Source: Lama guanicoe | Lineage: Eukaryota | DNA: 64,000 bases | Assembly (NCBI GenBank): GCA_013239625.1 | Contig: MU054116.1 | Span: forward strand, 207,890 to 271,889 | Reading direction: 5' to 3' | Shown here: positions 62,891 through 64,000 of the stretch, piece after piece | Layout of the letters: each line of letters starts with the position of its first letter | Position numbering within the stretch: position 1 is the first letter of the stretch | Notes under the pieces: generated by a model | What the model was told of the DNA's origin: nothing | The model's input: only the letters and a program-made list of their open reading frames with translations | The model's database searches: none | Translations under genes and position numbers: made by a program

Positions 62891-64000
62891 GAATCTGAGA
62901 ACTGCTATGAAGATGTCTTTGGGTAGCAAAGGGTTAGCCCTCCCAGGTAATACATACATATCTTAAGTTCTTCACTACCTTAAACTGGAAGTTTGCAAGT
63001 GTTTTCTCAGAAGAGACTCACAAGTCAAATGGGATCCCACCCCTATCTCAATCTGAGCATTCCCCTTTTATATGTTCTATGTTTCATTTATACACACACT
63101 TTGAAAAATGAAAATCACTGCTTACTGTCTTTAGCCAATAGTCTATAAATGGGCTAATTACAACCAGGCTAACAATGTTTATCAAATGTGACTTTTCAGG
63201 ACATTTGTGACCTGCAAACGGTTCCACCTAAGCTGTTGGTCTACAGCCAAGTCCAGCCCTGCCCACCCATGGGGAAAGGCAAAGGTCATGACTCCACAGT
63301 CTTCCCTGCTCTCTGGCTACCGCCCACCCCAACCTCACCTCCAAGCTAGTCTCTCTGGATCTCATCGCTTAGCCATGTATTTAAAATTTGTTCCCAGGGT
63401 TGTTGACAAAGGACATTCATTAGCCTGTTCCAAACAAGAATCCCCAGGGCAACTTGTGCTTCCTCACTCAGTTGACTCCCCCAGTGCACTCTCTCAATAG
63501 AGCAAATACCACCTTTGTCACTCTGGGTAAAGGACAGCTGAGGTGGGAGAGGGAGTTTATATTCTGCCTTCTGAGGTCATTAACATCATTTTTCCTAGAA
63601 CAGAAAAATCCAGGGCAACTCTGCTCCTCAAAGCCCTTCTTTTAACCTTTATACTGGCTCCACTTTAAAAAGACAGGCTATCCAAAAACTCTGATGCAGT
63701 CCCAGTCTTAATGAGTGGAGAAACAGAAATGGGCAAATTCCCACTAAACTGGTAAGGAAGTGGAAAAGACTATTTCTTACCAAGAGAAGCCCTGGAAGAT
63801 TTGTAACTTCTGTGAAATGCTGGATAGGACGTGGTGGCAGATAACATTGAAAATGCAATACATCTTATTTTATTTTATAATTATATAGCCTTATAATTTT
63901 TATATACCTCTAAGAATATTTAGAACTAAAATCTCACCATAGCCATTTGGATAGTCAAGTGAGGAGGTATATTCCCTCTTTACAGCTTCATTGATTTTAC

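Overview
Mammalian genomic DNA, AT-rich and repeat-dense, with three assembly gaps (46976-47182, 50939-50982, 62861-62890). The tRNA-derived SINEs resemble camelid Vic-1, so a camelid source is likely but not certain. The window covers part of a class II olfactory receptor cluster of the OR6C subfamily with six single-coding-exon OR loci. Four have intact ORFs: 7886-8821 (-), 30490-31425 (+) and two OR6C4-like tandem paralogs at 36243-37172 and 43977-44906 (+). Two are disrupted: 19790-20728 (+), with two homopolymer frameshifts, and 52380-53318 (-), with one TGA. Intergenic DNA holds L1 fragments, ERV1 LTRs, a 5'-LTR plus leader provirus remnant, an ERV-L pol remnant, MaLR, MIR/L2, DNA transposons and SINEs. 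I found no new gene family. The most notable signals are: a homologous promoter-like module 1.8-4.2 kb upstream of every OR, in the gene's orientation; a 239-bp identical tract (likely gene conversion) between otherwise old OR6C4 paralogs that also share a GN->EN change; a MIR segment copied from 2.6 kb away into a younger Tigger1 MITE; a short L1 insertion with a probable 3' transduction; and a 1.2-kb near-identical duplication across a gap. Repeat family names and boundaries are by eye and approximate.
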